A DNA stretch of 64,000 nt from positions 51,708,001 through 51,772,000 of the forward strand of contig OZ024741.1 of assembly GCA_964016885.1 (NCBI GenBank), written 5' to 3'. The notes under the pieces are model-generated. The model saw only the letters and a list, made by a program, of their open reading frames with translations. It did not search any database and was not told where the DNA came from. The position numbers were made by a program, and so were the translations under genes. The stretch comes from Eledone cirrhosa (Eukaryota). This document shows positions 63,401 through 64,000 of the stretch, piece by piece (within the stretch, counting starts at the first letter, position 1; each line of letters opens with the position of its first letter).

Positions 63401-64000
63401 TGGGAGTGGTGTAGGAGACATATTGTTGTAGGAGTGTGTTGTGTGGTGGTATAGAGTTTGGGAGTGGTGTAGGAGACATATTGTTGTAGGAGAGTGTTGT
63501 GTGGTTGAATAGAGTTTGGGAGTGGTGTAGGAGACATAGTGTTGTAGGAGAGTGTTGTGTGGTGGTATAGAGTTTGGCAGTGTTGTAGGAGACATAGTGT
63601 TGTAGGAGAGTGTTGTGTGGTGGTATAGAGTTTCGGAGGGGGGTAGGAGACATAGTGTTGTAGGAGAGTGTTGTGTGGTGGCATAGAGTTGGAGAGTAGT
63701 GTAGAAGACATAGTGTTGTAGGAGAGTGTTGTGTGGTGGTATAGAATTTGGGAGTGGTGTAGGAGACATAGTGTTGTAGGAGAGTGTTGTGTGGTGGTAT
63801 AGAGTTTGGGAGTGGTGTAGGAGACATAGTGTTGTTGGAGAGTGTTGTGTGTTTGAATAGAGTTTGGGAGTGGTGTAGGAGACATAGTGTTGTAGGAGAG
63901 AGTTGTGGTGGTATAGAGTTTGGGAGTGGTGTAGGAGACATAGTGTTGTTAGGAGAGTGTAGGAGACATAGTGTTGTTAGGAGAGTTTGGGAGTGGTGTA
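36460..64000. repeat. 58-bp G-rich satellite, more than 27.5 kb (roughly 480 monomers), runs off window end
   Basis: Unit GTGTTGTGTGGTGGTATAGAGTTTGGGAGTGGTGTAGGAGACATAGTGTTGTAGGAGA with 55-61 bp and shorter variants; higher-order duplications are evident from identical ORF translations at fixed offsets. Confidence 0.98.

Noticed and set aside
36670-63941. Dozens of long minus-strand ORFs (up to 1315 aa) as real genes
   Set aside because: They overlap in all three frames, are plain translations of the 58-bp satellite, and monomer indels ignore codon phase. The G-poor strand explains the lack of stops. Kept only as a testable hypothesis.

Overview
Eukaryotic, repeat-rich animal DNA. The mix of RTE/CR1/R4-Dong/Tx1 LINEs, CORE-type and other tRNA-SINEs and (TA)n/(GAT)n microsatellites suggests an octopus-like cephalopod (inference). 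Left half (1-30 kb): the 5' part of a secreted animal heme peroxidase gene on the minus strand, which the ORF track does not show as a gene. I assembled seven phase-compatible GT-AG exons by hand (29915-29908, 23922-23879, 20128-20068, 16563-16403, 12279-12091, 5785-5743, 4499-4393; 613 nt, about 204 codons). The gene continues off the left edge, and its distal heme motif reads SQFMAHD instead of GQFxDHD. The introns hold LINE fragments, SINEs, MITEs, two Helitron-like elements, a Penelope RT fragment, minisatellites (70, about 48 and 23 bp) and a cluster of (TA)n-flanked palindromic elements. One of these has a hammerhead-like core and another is a head-to-head pair of tRNA-headed repeats. 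At 30.5-35.8 kb a ~41-bp satellite is interrupted by two CR1 copies. From 36.46 kb to the window end runs a G-rich 58-bp satellite with nested higher-order duplications (offsets 290, 1045, 3122, 3817, 4356 bp); it accounts for all the long repetitive minus-strand ORFs. All analysis is by eye; boundaries of decayed repeats are approximate.
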